NCBI RefSeq assembly: GCF_001194135.2
Contig: NC_068986.1
Coordinates: forward strand, 109,417,199-109,481,198
Direction: 5' to 3'
Length of the DNA stretch: 64,000 nucleotides
Origin: Octopus bimaculoides
Lineage: Eukaryota
Made by a program: the position numbers and the translations under genes. The notes under the pieces were generated by a model. That model worked only from the letters and a program-made list of their open reading frames with translations. It did not search any database and was not told the DNA's origin. Positions 26,205 to 38,830 of the stretch are shown one piece after another. Numbering within the stretch: the stretch's first letter is position 1; every line of letters begins with the position of its first letter.

Positions 26205-27267
26205 CTGAAACAGAAGAACAATAACAAGTAACAAATGATGGCAACAAAATATATTTCATAAGAAATTCCATATCATTTTTATATTCTCATATATTTTCTT
26301 AATTTAATTGTAACTTTTTCCCTGCTTATTTTAAAAACAATTATCAGCTTATTGTATATAGTGTCCAGGGGCAGTACAGCTTACTGGAAACAAGAAGAGA
26401 CAGAAAGCACCAATAAAGAAGACAGTGGTCCTATTATTCTCAGTTTTTCTAAATTTGATTTGAGATTCTTAAAGCTGTAATATTTAACTCTTTTCTTATA
26501 TTCTGTTGAAAAACATTGCCTTTGTTACAATGAATTTTGAAAATAACTAACAACTTAGTAGAAAAAATATATATAAGTAATAAATGAGTGGAAATTGAAC
26601 CTGTGAGTGTGTTAGGTATTAAGGCAATATGACTCTCCTCAGACAACAAAACTTTGTTATTATTATTATTATTGAGTGAGAGAGAAGTGCATGCCATCAA
26701 AGTGACACTGGGGTACAAATATATGAAGCTCAATATACCCATCATGATTACCCGTCTGATAAGGGTACACCAGGCACATGCATCACAACCACATGTGCAT
26801 GACAGGGTGATTTCATTTCAAGATAAACAGTGCATGACCTTGCAGGTGGGACCCAGTTAGAATTTTCTTCAGGTCGAGTAACCTATCCTGCTCAAAAAGT
26901 CCCTGAATGTTTAAGGATGTTGAACAAAACACCCATGTTTCCAAAGGTGAATTATCCAAACCCCAAAGAATAGAATTCCTCTCAACACATGGCTGTAATT
27001 CTCCCCAACTACTTTATTATTATTATCTAATGTAGTTTGGAAGATAAATGAACATGAAATTTTGATGGAAAGTTTTAATATCATATCATTTAAAACAGGA
27101 AATTTGTATTATAGAATCAAGGATAGTCTGAGGTGGGTTGGTAACAAAAGGGTTGATGTAAGTTTTTCTTCTAAGCTGTGTTCACTAATAATGTAAGATA
27201 TTATTAATATTTTAATTCCAATAGTAAATTTCAAAAGTTATACACAATATTTCCAATGAATACCTAC

Positions 27268-27373
27268 CAAATGTTGTCACCATTGGGCATGGAATACTGT
27301 AAGCAATTATCACTGAAAAAATGCATAGCATCCATGCATACTGACAACCAAACTGAAATTCCCAGATAACAGC
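27268..27373 (-). CDS. TMEM63: TMEM63 exon: AVIWEFQFGCQYAWMLCIFSVIIAYSIPCPMVTTF(G)
   Basis: ctatttcag acceptor, G|gtaggt donor; EFQFGxxYAW motif. Confidence 0.97.
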
Positions 27374-28140
27374 CTGAAATAGAAAATAGAATTTTGATAA
27401 ATCAGACTGGAGCCTGGTGTTGCCATCCGGTTTCACCAGTCCTCAGTCAAATCGTCCAACCCATGCTAGCATGGAAAGCGGACGTTAAACGATGATGATG
27501 ATGATGATGATGAAACAGGACTGATTAATATTTTCATTATACACAGATTCCTCTTTAGCCCCTACCCCACTGGTCAACCCCAGGACATTCTAGCCATAAC
27601 TATTTTGTCTCATTTTTAGTGTATCTAGAACTGTATTATCAAATATCTCTTTTTTTATAAAAACTGTTGGATGCGACGAGAAGATAATTTGGCTGCTATT
27701 TCTACCACGTTTTGTCCGATGCTCTACCAATCCTGGCAATTCACTGCCCACATTTTAACAACTCTCAGACATGACAACCTCACAACTGGCATTAAACAGG
27801 TCACACTACAAATTATTGCACACAGACATTTTATAGGAAAATAAAACAAAACAAATTTCACTATTTCAGTAAAGAGTTGTGGAACTTGGACATCTTGCCT
27901 TCTTGCTTCCATGCTACAATACTCAAAGTGTCCTTCATATTTTAAGGCAGAAGAGTGTGATTTGAGGGATGTTTGGCTGCTATTTCTAGTGGATTGAGCA
28001 AACATGTAGAAGCTTCCTCGTTTAATTATTTCAATGATTCTTAATTGCTATAAAACTGGTTTTGTTTATTAAGATAGAATTATGAATAGATGTGTTTCAT
28101 AACACAATTGTTTACCTTGAATGCAACAAAACCAACTCAC

Positions 28141-28303
28141 CTTACGCACAGCAGTTTTTTCTGCTGTAGAACGAGCACACATTATACGGATGCCATAGTT
28201 GAATAGTTCGGAGAAGCGCATCAACTCCAAACCAGTACCAATAAATGCTGATGTTATCACATAATTTACAAAAAAAGCACCATTTCCAGACACAAAGATA
28301 CAC
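28141..28303 (-). CDS. TMEM63: TMEM63 exon: CIFVSGNGAFFVNYVITSAFIGTGLELMRFSELFNYGIRIMCARSTAEKTAVRK
   Basis: ttttcacag acceptor, AAG|gtgagt donor; NGAFFVNYVI pore-lining motif. Confidence 0.98.
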
Positions 28304-28689
28304 CTGTGAAAAATAACATCAAGATTATCAACAGCTCACAACTTTTTGAAAGACTATGAATGTTATTTTCTTTTTTCATCATTTAAGTAGAAGAACAGCA
28401 ATATTTATGACCAAGTCCAGGGTATCCAAGATGGGAAGGAGGAAGAAACATAGCTACAGTAGGAAGCAGAGACCTGGCTCGTCTGGTTCAAAACCTGGTC
28501 CAAATGCTTTTAGCAGAGTGGACTCAACTAAAAGCACTTGAAACTAATTGGGCAGTATGGAGAGGGGTAAGGTAGGAGACATAAGTGTGGATTAGGAAGG
28601 AAAACATAACAGAATGATGTGGAAGGTGGAGGAGCAGTAGGGGGGGGAGCTTTAGGGACACAAAAGGACAAAGACTTAAGATTACTTAC

Positions 28690-28746
28690 TGCCATCTGTA
28701 ACGATGTTGTTTGTCTTTTACAGCCCATTCAAGTAAGGCTTTGACA
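28690..28746 (-). CDS. TMEM63: TMEM63 exon: VKALLEWAVKDKQHRYRW(Q)
   Basis: ttctgtttcag acceptor, CA|gtaagt donor; phase fits. Confidence 0.92.
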
Positions 28747-29655
28747 CTGAAACAGAAGAGAAGAAAACTTATGGACACGTAAAAGCACCCACTACACTCT
28801 GAGTGGTTGGCGTTAGGAAGGGCATCCAGCTGTAGAAACTCTGCCAAATCAGACTGGAGCCTGGTGTTGCCATCCGGTTTCACCANNNNNNNNNNACTGG
28901 AGCCTGGTGTTGCCATCCGGTTTCACCAGTCCTCAGTCAAATCGTCCAACCCATGCTAGCATGGAAAGCGGACGTTAAACGATGATGATGATGATGATGA
29001 TGAAGAATACTTGGTACCGACAATAGAAATGTGTCAAAGTGTAGAATATGGAATACAAATTCTGACTATTTTTGAGGACATTGGAAGATGGAATTATTTG
29101 ATACCAAAACTGCCTTTTATTGATACATTCCCCAAACAGCAAGATAATGAAGGAACTTTTAAATGGTCATTCAGCCATTTAGAAATAGCAGTTAAACCTC
29201 TGACAAACACATCTTGCTGTCTGGAAAATGTAAGGACACATTAAGCAAGGGGTCATATATACAAAAAAGATGAGGTGATCATAGTAAGAATACAGAAGAT
29301 CATGTGTTTGTCTGATTAAAGTCAACTTGGGTGCAAAACAGCACCAGGCTGAGTGATCGATTTAAATAATAAACTAAATATGGCAGTAACCAGCAATGAA
29401 GCACAATGTAGTGTGAATAAAGTGTTCGACATTGTTGACTCATCTTTATTTAAATAGTTTATTAAAAAGATATTACAAAACAAAATTTATGGAATAAATC
29501 ATAATAAAACAGAGTGCTAATAGGGAAAGCATTAGATATAGTCGCATTACAAAAGTTAGTAAGAGATAGAAATCAAACAACCTGGCACAAAAACAACACA
29601 GATAATGCAAGAGGAGACAAATGCATCAAAATACAATATGACAATTTTTTTATAC

Positions 29656-29742
29656 CTTGTAAGTCCTAAAGAAGGCAATATCAGAACCATAAATACAAGG
29701 AAGATAAAAGTTTTTCTCATCACAGCATGGTGCTCGGCGCTC
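29656..29742 (-). CDS. TMEM63: TMEM63 exon: SAEHHAVMRKTFIFLVFMVLILPSLGLT(S)
   Basis: tgttccag acceptor, AG|gtataa donor; FMVLILPSLGLTS motif. Confidence 0.96.
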
Positions 29743-29898
29743 CTGGAACACAGAATAAAGATATTTATTGTGAGAAAACTCAGCCAAATATAAGTCTTGT
29801 TACTCAAATAAAAGCAGTGACTCAGAGCCATTAGTAACAAGAATAGAAAGGGAAAGAAGGATAAGTGGATGCTTTTGAAAATTTCAAATGCACCGATA

Positions 29899-30102
29899 CA
29901 GGGGTGGGCAAAAGTAGGCATATTACAGCTGCATATTATGAGTGGAATGTGCTTTCCAGTTTTCTATTTCTTTTCTAAATAGTTGGGAATAATTATTTTA
30001 CTACAAAGTACATAGAATTCTTATCCTAAAAAGGAAATAGAGAAATGAAAAGAATATTGCACTCATATTAAGCAACTATACATCCCCTTTTGCCCACCCC
30101 TG
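29899..30102. mobile_element. Tc1/mariner-type MITE
   Basis: TIR caggggtgggcaaaa / ttttgcccacccctg, TA TSD, longer imperfect internal symmetry. Confidence 0.9.
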
Positions 30103-30214
30103 TATACAGAATCATTTTTTATTACAAGAGCTTGTTTCATCCCAGGTCATCCCTGGTTCATTAAATATTTACTCAAGATATCATTCCATCTATTTTCAGA
30201 GAGTCTATCTAAAA

Positions 30215-30506
30215 CAGTGGTTCCCAAACTTTTTCGAGATGCTGCCCCCTTGACACCTAGGCCACATTGCTAGCACACCCACCCCAACTAACCCTCACAA
30301 GCATAAACCTCTTTCTGAAGCAAATTCAAAGCAACTGTATTTCACACACAAAATTTAACCTAATGAACCCATTATTTTGTTGTTTTTACATGAATCACCA
30401 CCTCATTATCACCCCAATTTTTACATTAATCGCTGTCCCATTATCACCGCACTTATCTTCAATGCCTCCTTGGAACTTTCCACTGCCCCCACTTTGGGAG
30501 CCACTG
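30215..30506. mobile_element. hAT (Charlie-type) MITE
   Basis: TIR cagtggttcccaaa / tttgggagccactg; 8-bp TSD atctaaaa/atctagaa matching the Charlie NTCTAGAN preference. Confidence 0.88.
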
Positions 30507-30673
30507 ATCTAGAACTACAATATCCAAAATGTCTTTCTAGGGTGTAATTTGAAGGATATCTGGTGGTTAATTCTAACAAACTGAGTCACCACATGAAACT
30601 GAATAAAATGGTGACATGTTATACGACAGAAGTAGAAGTGGATGTTTTAGAAAAAGACAGAAATACATCTTAC

Positions 30674-30780
30674 CTCGTCCAGTAGCCAATATATTGGTCT
30701 GAGTAATAGACAATTATAGGTAGAATAGCCGATAATATCCATATAAGAAATGTAGGGACAAACTGTACCAACAACTCATT
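30674..30780 (-). CDS. TMEM63: TMEM63 exon: NELLVQFVPTFLIWILSAILPIIVYYSDQYIGYWT(R)
   Basis: tattttcag acceptor, AG|gtaaga donor; QFxPT..LP.IVYYS..WTR motif. Confidence 0.96.
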
Positions 30781-31326
30781 CTGAAAATACAACACAAACA
30801 TTGTCTAATTAGAGTTTATTTATATAAATATTATTTTTATTTTGGTTTTATAATTGAATATATCTAATTGGTTGAGATGATAATTAGGATATCTATCCTC
30901 CTCCTTTCATTATAAATGATCTGAGTTCACGTACAGCCTTGGGCAGTGTACACATTCAGGCATAGAACAGCTGAACTGATTGATGCATCTAAAAACACAA
31001 ACACAAAAACAGATTCATAGTAAGGAAAACTTTAATTCTAATTATCATGATAATTTAAAGCTTAGTGGTTTCAAGTTCAATTCCACTGCATGGCACCTTT
31101 GGTAAGTGTTCTCTACTTTACCCTTGGGCCAACCAAAGCCTTGCGAGTGGATTTGCAAGTTATGGACAGATAAAATGCGCAGCAGTATCACAAGAAGGTT
31201 AACAGGGAAGCAGTGCCTGCCCATGCCATGTACTAGCATGGGAAAAAACATTAAAGAATGGTGAAGATGATTGAAAGATTGAGAGAGAGAGAGAGAGAAT
31301 CAGAGAGATCAAGATTGCACACTTAC

Positions 31327-31480
31327 ATGTAAGTCATGAAAAGCTTTCTGATAATTAATTTCATTAAGTTGGTTCATAATGATAGCTGGTGTAGTAAGAA
31401 AAAATAGAAGTACGGTAAGAACTGCGTTGATTAAGATCACTCGGAGCCACCAGTTCCACACAGGAATGGAGAGGTTTTCC
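31327..31480 (-). CDS. TMEM63: TMEM63 exon: ENLSIPVWNWWLRVILINAVLTVLLFFLTTPAIIMNQLNEINYQKAFHDLH
   Basis: ttctttctag acceptor, CAT|gtaagt donor; FFLTTP motif. Confidence 0.97.
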
Positions 31481-32211
31481 CTAGAAAGAAAAAAAACAAA
31501 ACAAAACAAGATTACATAAATACTAGGGAGGAGGTGTATAGCTCATGGAATCATTGTATAACTTATGTGTAAGCCATGCATTATCATCATTTAATATCCA
31601 TCTTCCATGCTGGTATGGGTGGGGCGGTTTGACAGGAGCCGGTCAGCTGCACCAGAATCCAGTTGTCTGCTTTGGCATGGTTTCTATGACCGGATGCCCT
31701 TCCTAATGCCAACCACTTTACAGTGTACTGAATATCTCAAATGTGGCACTGACATTGGTGCACTTTACACAGCAGTGGCACAAATGCTCTCCATGTGGCA
31801 CTGGCACAGGTGCATCTTATGTGACACCAGTAGTTTACATGGCACCAACACATGGGAAATGGACATTAAATGATGATAACTGACTGCCATCCAAAATTAG
31901 AATTCCATCAGAAGAACGATGGAAAAATTGAAGCCAGCACGGTTGGATTGGCAAACCCTAAAATATGAGAGGAGATGCCAAAAACAACTGGAATTTTAAT
32001 GCAAATTATTTTAGGAATTTAAACACTGTGTTTGAAGAATGTAAATAAAGTGAAATAATTTAGGAAAGTACTTCTTGTCTCATATTCATTTATATATTAT
32101 TATCAAATGATGATGATGATGTTTGAAGGGTGAGAACATCTACACAATCACCATTGTATGAGAAAATTATAATTTTTCAAATTATTATTATTTGGCAAAA
32201 AAAAAAAAAAA

Positions 32212-32444
32212 GGTGGCGAGCTGGCAGAAACGTTAGCACACCGGGCGAAATGCTTAGCGATATTTCGTCTGCCACTATGTTCTGAGTTCAAATTCCGCCG
32301 AGGTAGACTTTGCATTTCATCATTTCAGGGTCGATAAATTAAGTACCAGTTATGCACTGGGGTCGATGTAATCGACTTAATCCCTTTGTCTGTCCTTGTT
32401 TGTCCCCTCTGTGTTTAGCCCCTTGTGGGCAATAAAGAAATAAA
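32212..32444 (+). mobile_element. tRNA-derived SINE family B (ggcgagctggcagaaacgttagc head)
   Basis: B-box gagttcaaattcc and conserved ctttcatcctttcggggtcgataaa..gtaccag core; many other copies, e.g. 20270-20460, 35810-35960, 38170-38390, 53770-53985, 56180-56395. Confidence 0.88.
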
Positions 32445-32592
32445 TGTATGTGATAACATTGAGTTAAATTGTAACAAACGAAAATTGTAGAAATGAACAA
32501 AATTAATGATTTTACTTTTATAAAGTTAAAGCAATTTTGTACCTGATCAAAAAAAGAAAAAGAAAAAAAAAGGGACAAGTGTGTTTCCTTAC

Positions 32593-32718
32593 CAGTAAAT
32601 GTTACCAGGTGAAGGTGCATAAGAGATCTCCCAATGGCCAACACCAATCTCTTCACTAACACTAGATACAGCTGAATTATGAACTCCCTGGCAAACAGCT
32701 TGGAAATCTTGGTGTACT
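32593..32718 (-). CDS. TMEM63: TMEM63 exon: VHQDFQAVCQGVHNSAVSSVSEEIGVGHWEISYAPSPGNIY(W)
   Basis: tttattag acceptor, TG|gtaagg donor; WxxSYAPxPxNIYW motif. Confidence 0.96.
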
Positions 32719-32999
32719 CTAATAAATATTAGAAACAAAAGAAGGATATTAATTCACAATTACTGAAACTTAATGCATCTCCATCATGAAAAGTTTCCAT
32801 CATCTTCATTAGTTATTGTTAAGAAAATTTAATTAAAATTCTTAATGAAAGCAATCGAAATAATTGTTAAAAAAGTAACTAATTTTCTTCAAAATGTTTT
32901 AATTAGCTGCAAATCTATACTCACCAATTGACAACCATGTTAACATGGGTTGGGCAGTTTGAGAAGCGCTGGTAAGCTGCAGGGCTGCACCAACCGCCT

Positions 33000-33360
33000 T
33001 ACAAAGTGTACTGGGTGCTTTTAAATGGCACAGGTATAGGTGCCATTTATGTGGCACAGTCATGGATGCTCTTCATGCGATACTGGCACAGGTGCTCTTT
33101 ATGCGACACTGGTATGCATGTTCTTCATATAGCACAGGCACTCTTCACATGGAACAGGCACTCTCCATGTGGCACAGGCATGCGAGCTCTTCATGTGACA
33201 CCAGCATGCATGATCTTCACATGGCACTGGCATGCGTGCTCTTCACATGGCACGGGCATGGGTGTTCTACACGTGGCATGGGTATGGGTGCTCTTCATGT
33301 GGGACCAACATGTGTTCTACATGTGACACTGGCAGGTGGTTTTTACATGGCACTAGCACA
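33000..33360. repeat. Minisatellite of about 30-bp degenerate units (ggcacaggtgctcttcatgt), RTE-UTR related
   Basis: Repeated tcttcacatggcac/tggcac motifs. Confidence 0.7.
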
Positions 33361-33393
33361 TAAATTTCCGGCCTTGTGCCAATAGTAGAAAGG

Positions 33394-33429
<36 letters not shown>

Positions 33430-33619
33430 GAAGGCAGAATCATTAGCATGCCGGGCAAAATGCTTAGCAGTATTTTGTTTGCTGTTATGTTCTGAGTTAA
33501 ACTTCACTTTTCATCTTTTCAATTAAATAAGTACCAGTTATGCACTGAGGTCAATGTAATTGACTTAATCCTTTCCCCCAAACCATCCAACCCATGCCAG
33601 CATGAACAACAGATCTTAA

Positions 33620-33841
33620 CCCTTTTGTTACCAACCCAGATGAAACCACCCCTGGCTGTGTAGTACAAATGTCTTGTTTTCATAAGTTTTCAATTAAAAT
33701 CTTCCACCAAACTTTAGTCACAATTTATGTTTCTAACACTGGCTTAATGATAACTAAGTTGTTTTACTAAATTCTTTGTTATATTTAAAATTAATTGAAA
33801 GAAACACAGAGCATCTCAAACTAAATACAGTAACGAAAGGG
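33620..33841. mobile_element. piggyBac-type MITE (TTAA TSD)
   Basis: TTAA-cccttttgttac ... gtaacgaaaggg-TTAA; related copies at about 27030-27146 and 52908-53412. Confidence 0.85.
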
Positions 33842-33873
33842 TTAAATGATAACGATTGCGAATGTTAACTTAC

Positions 33874-34007
33874 TTTTCAGCCATGACATCTGTAGCAAGA
33901 GTGAGGAAGGCCATTCCTAGGGGTCGTTGATAGGCACAAACTTTTTCAGTCTCCACTTTATTGCTTAGTCTCATTTCATCTTCTGTGTAGTACTCAATAG
34001 CATCGAC
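33874..34007 (-). CDS. TMEM63: TMEM63 exon: VDAIEYYTEDEMRLSNKVETEKVCAYQRPLGMAFLTLATDVMAE(K)
   Basis: tctcag acceptor, AA|gtaagt donor; VDAIEYY and PLGMAF motifs. Confidence 0.97.
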
Positions 34008-34583
34008 CTGAGACAAACAGTGATTTGAACTTTGAAGATTATGGTTAAATACAAAGTAGGACATCAGACATGATGGTTATTTTAATCACACATGAATACA
34101 TACATATACAACACCATCATTTAGCATCTGTATTCCATGCTGGCATGGAATCTGACAAATCAAAAGATTGTGTTAAGTGCCAGTGCCTCTATTGGTAGGG
34201 TTTCTACAGCTGGATGCCCTTCCTAATGCCAACCACTTTACAGAGTGTACTGGGTGCTTCCTTTGTGGCACTGGCACTAGTGAGATCACCAAGTAATTTG
34301 GAAGACAAGATTCTTTGACTGAGTAGGTGCTGCTCTTATTCTTAATACATTCTATGAAAGCAAAACCATTTGACTGTGACCGGACAACTCACAAAGGACT
34401 ATAAAATACTTTTATTGTGAAAATAATGGTTTAAATTATTTGTAACTCACAATAACCTTTATTAATAACCATATTTTAGGTAACAAACTGGTTTGTTTTG
34501 GTGAGCAAAGTTTTAGATGAAAAAAAAAATAATAAATATCATAACATAAATAAATAAGGAAAAGAAAATTAGCTGCTCCTCAC

Positions 34584-34710
34584 ATTTTGACATCCACATC
34601 TATTACAGCAACAACAAAACTGACCACAGTGGTATGGACGAAGGGTAGGTCTTTGACCAGTTTTATGGTATTCATTTTCTGAATTCACTTTAGCTTCCAG
34701 AGCTCTTCGC
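34584..34710 (-). CDS. TMEM63: TMEM63 exon: RRALEAKVNSENEYHKTGQRPTLRPYHCGQFCCCCNRCGCQN
   Basis: tttgttgcag acceptor, AAT|gtgagg donor; Cys cluster like the vertebrate PCGHLCCC. Confidence 0.95.
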
Positions 34711-34975
34711 CTGCAACAAACCAAAGTCAAATATTAAGTTTTTTGGGGGGGTTTTTTTCACAAACAGACTAAACTTGCAGTAAAAATAACTGCAAAACAA
34801 AGAAATAAAAATTTAAATGGTGATAAAACATATTTTACACTTTTTATCACAGAGACATTTGTAATTAAATTTTAAAAAATATGACAGGATGGTCGTGACT
34901 GGAATACATCTGTCAGATTAAAACAAGAATCGATTTGATTGATCAGAGGGCTGTTGCATCAGGGATACTCAGGGC

Positions 34976-35714
34976 NNNNNNNNNNNNNNNNNNNNNNNNN
35001 NNNNNNNNNNNNNNNNNNNNNNNNNNNNNNNNNNNNNNNNNNNNNNNNNNNNNNNNNNNNNNNNNNNNNNNNNNNNNNNNNNNNNNNNNNNNNNNNNNNN
35101 NNNNNNNNNNNNNNNNNNNNNNNNNNNNNNNNNNNNNNNNNNNNNNNNNNNNNNNNNNNNNNNNNNNNNNNNNNNNNNNNNNNNNNNNNNNNNNNNNNNN
35201 NNNNNNNNNNNNNNNNNNNNNNNNNNNNNNNNNNNNNNNNNNNNNNNNNNNNNNNNNNNNNNNNNNNNNNNNNNNNNNNNNNNNNNNNNNNNNNNNNNNN
35301 NNNNNNNNNNNNNNNNNNNNNNNNNNNNNNNNNNNNNNNNNNNNNNNNNNNNNNNNNNNNNNNNNNNNNNNNNNNNNNNNNNNNNNNNNNNNNNNNNNNN
35401 NNNNNNNNNNNNNNNNNNNNNNNNNNNNNNNNNNNNNNNNNNNNNNNNNNNNNNNNNNNNNNNNNNNNNNNNNNNNNNNNNNNNNNNNNNNNNNNNNNNN
35501 NNNNNNNNNNNNNNNNNNNNNNNNNNNNNNNNNNNNNNNNNNNNNNNNNNNNNNNNNNNNNNNNNNNNNNNNNNNNNNNNNNNNNNNNNNNNNNNNNNNN
35601 NNNNNNNNNNNNNNNNNNNNNNNNNNNNNNNNNNNNNNNNNNNNNNNNNNNNNNNNNNNNNNNNNNNNNNNNNNNNNNNNNNNNNNNNNNNNNNNNNNNN
35701 NNNNNNNNNNNNNN
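34976..35714 (-). other. Assembly gap predicted to hide a TMEM63 exon (EAYP..-type, phase 2 to 2)
   Basis: The homologous EAYP...YNVxxLxxL segment is absent from the sequenced parts of this intron, and both flanking exons require a phase 2-2 exon. Confidence 0.75.
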
Positions 35715-35759
35715 GGTTGTAGTTAATTACATCAATTCTAGTTACATAAGTACTTTACA

Positions 35760-35793
<34 letters not shown>

Positions 35794-35962
35794 ATAATAA
35801 TAATGGTTTCAAATTTTGTCATAAGGGCAGCTTGAGGAAGGTGGGGCTAAGTCAATTACATTAACCCCAGTGTTCAACTGGTACTTAATTTATCCACCCC
35901 TCCACCCCGAAAGGATGAAAAGTAAAGTTGACCTCGGCGGAATTTGAACTCAGAACGTAAAG

Positions 35963-35993
<31 letters not shown>

Positions 35994-35996
35994 CAC

Positions 35997-36070
35997 TGAA
36001 AATGTTGTAATACGATGCTTTTGAAACATTTATCTTTTGGAATATTTGATATCATCAAAGTCTTGGAAAC
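35997..36070 (-). CDS. TMEM63: TMEM63 exon: VSKTLMISNIPKDKCFKSIVLQHF(Q)
   Basis: ttctttctag acceptor, CA|gtgagt donor; TLxIxNIP motif. Confidence 0.93.
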
Positions 36071-38428
36071 CTAGAAAGAAAATTAGAAAAAAAAAGAAAT
36101 CAAACACAAAATTATGAACTAAATGGTGACAAAAGAGATGTCGGTGCCAATATGCAGAGATGGTTTTAATTAGTCTTGTATACTGTTGATGTTGTCGAGG
36201 GTGCCAGTTGATCCGATCAACGGAACAGCCTGCTCAGTGTTGCCTGTCATATAACAAATAACACTCTACGGCAGAACATAAAAAGCATCATTCAAATATG
36301 GTCGATGCCAGTACCGCCTGACTGACTACCATGCCAGTGGCCTGTAAATAGCACCATTCGAGTGTAGTCAATGCCAGTGCTGCCTGACTGGTTCCTATTC
36401 CGGTAGCATGTAAAAAGCACCATCCAAATGTGGCCAATGCCAGTGCCGACTGACTGGCCCCTGTACTGGTGGCGTGTAAAAAGCATCCACTACATTATCG
36501 GAGTGGTTTGCATTAGGAAGGGCATCCAGCTGTAGAAACCTTGCCAGATCAGATTGGAGCCTGGTGCAGCCTCCTGGTTTGCCAGTCCTCAGTCAAACCG
36601 TCCAACTCATCCCAGCATGGAAAGCAAACGTTAAACAATGATGATGTATATGTACACACACACCCACTGTAGAGTGTTATCACTCATGTGATGGATAACT
36701 CTGGAAGTACATTTTTACCACCATGAGTAATATCAGAAAATATGGTGCATATACAATAATTTATTATTAAATTTTGTCAAATCTCGTAGAGCTTAAAAAA
36801 CGAAAAATATTACTTTAAAATAAAATCAAAAGATTTCTCATTGGTGTAACTCCTCCCACAATCATTATCATTTATTCACTCTATTCTTCCTTTGTCTCTG
36901 ATTCTTTCTCTCACTGTGTGTGTGTGTGTGGTGTTCTTTTACTCCTTAAGTGCACTTGTCCTGTATATCTTATGTTAACTCTCTCTCCCCCTCTCTCTAC
37001 ATAATGTAAACCATGACTTGGAAAAGCTAACCAACATTTCTATTGGCTTTTATCAAATAGAGATTTAATTAAACTTTATACATTAACAGGTTAACAGGAC
37101 ATGTTATATGTAAAACAAAAGATGTCTGCACCAAGTTGTGAACAATTTTTTTTTCTTTTTTGTCAAAAAATGCTGCTAGGTATAAAAGAGGTAATTAGTT
37201 TCTTTGTTAATGTTATTTCTAGAATATATAATTGTTAGAATATGTAACAATTTGCATAATATGATGCACACAAGTCTACCCAGATTACTTCCAATACAAG
37301 TTTGTGCTTTTGCTTTTAGTGAAAATATTAGAAATTGTTCTTTTGTTTTTCATTAAATTAACTTCTAATAAAGACATAAGGTTGCAAAATATGGTTTTCC
37401 ACATTACAGATACACAAATACACAATCTGCCAATTTCTTCTGACCCCTAATATTTGTTTATACTTTCGCTGCAGTTACATGTTAATTATGGTTGGCCTTT
37501 TCTGTGATTGGTTGAGAGTATTGTTGAGACAGTGCCTTTGTCTCTGTCGTGTCTGACTGCTTCCAGAAGCAAGTGCTAGTACCATCTCTCTACTTATGGA
37601 TATGCCACAAAGGAAAGATAACTAAATACATTCAAAGAATCCATTGAGCCACAAGAGATGCCAGATATTGGTTAAGTATTAGCATCATCATTTAACATCT
37701 GTTTTCCATGCTGGCATGGGTTGGAGAGTTTGACAGGAGCTGGCAAGCCAGAGGGCTGCACCAGGCTCCAGTCATCCATTTTGGCATGGTAACCATATAT
37801 ATTTGCCTTAAGGTCCCTCCCTCTGAATCAAATATTTGAACAGATTTTGGATTTGACATCAAAAGGGAAAGGTATGAAGGTTTAAAAAAAGTTAAGGGAA
37901 TAAATTTCTATAGAAAATTCTAAATCAGTTCAGAGTACAACTCCATTGATTTTCAAGAAACCAAAGAAGGAATATGTTTGTTCAATCTGCAAGAAATAGA
38001 AGCCAAATCTTCCTCCAATATAACCCTACCTTCATAAATAAAAACAAATGCATTATGTATTTTAGACAACCTAAAAAGACAACAGTGGTTATAATTAGAT
38101 TGCCCTCACTCATAAGTTTGTTTAATCAAGGTTGACCCGGGGATAAATAATATTAATAGGAATCCTTATTAAAAGTAGCAAGCTAGCTGAATTGTTAGCA
38201 TGCTGGGTGAAATGCCACTAAGCATTTCACCTGTCTTATGTTCTGAGTTCAAATCCCACTGAGACTGACTTTGCCTTTCATCCTTTCAGGGTCCATGAAA
38301 TTAGTACCCGACAAGCATTGGAGTCAATTTAAATGACTTATGCCCCCTCTCCTGAAATTGCTAGCCTTGTGCCAAAATTTAAAACTGACATGAATCCTAA
38401 TAAATAACATTAGAGGGAGCAGTTGATT

Positions 38429-38830
38429 ATACAGGGTGTCCCAAAAGTCACTGATTGGTTTCAAGTTTTGATAACTTCCTTAACTTTACAAATAAATGCA
38501 TGAAATTTTGATCCAATATAAAGGACATAATGGAAATTATTATGCACAAGTCAAATATTGCAACACCACTACATTACATATGAAAAATGCCATCACTTAA
38601 ATGGCAGCCATTTTCGGGATTGCACACCTATGCTCTTTCCAAAAATTTGCACCATAACACCCTCAAGAGTTTCAGACCCCACTTCTCTGATTTCTCTATT
38701 GATGTTCTCCTTCAGTTGCACCAGGGTTTCCGGTTTGTTGACGTAAACCCCCTCTTTCAGGTATCCCCACAAGAACAAAATCTGGGCTCATCAGGTCTGG
38801 GTGAAGGTGGAAGAAATTCGTGTTGTCACA
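38429..38830 (-). mobile_element. Tc1-like transposon 3' fragment
   Basis: PDLMSPDF..WGYLKEGVYVNKPETLVQLKENI remnant and terminal TIR ta-cagggtgtcccaaaa. Confidence 0.85.

Noticed and set aside
28853-28928. Tandem duplication actggagcctggtg..ttcacca
   Set aside because: Flanks a 10-N gap exactly; assembly overlap artefact
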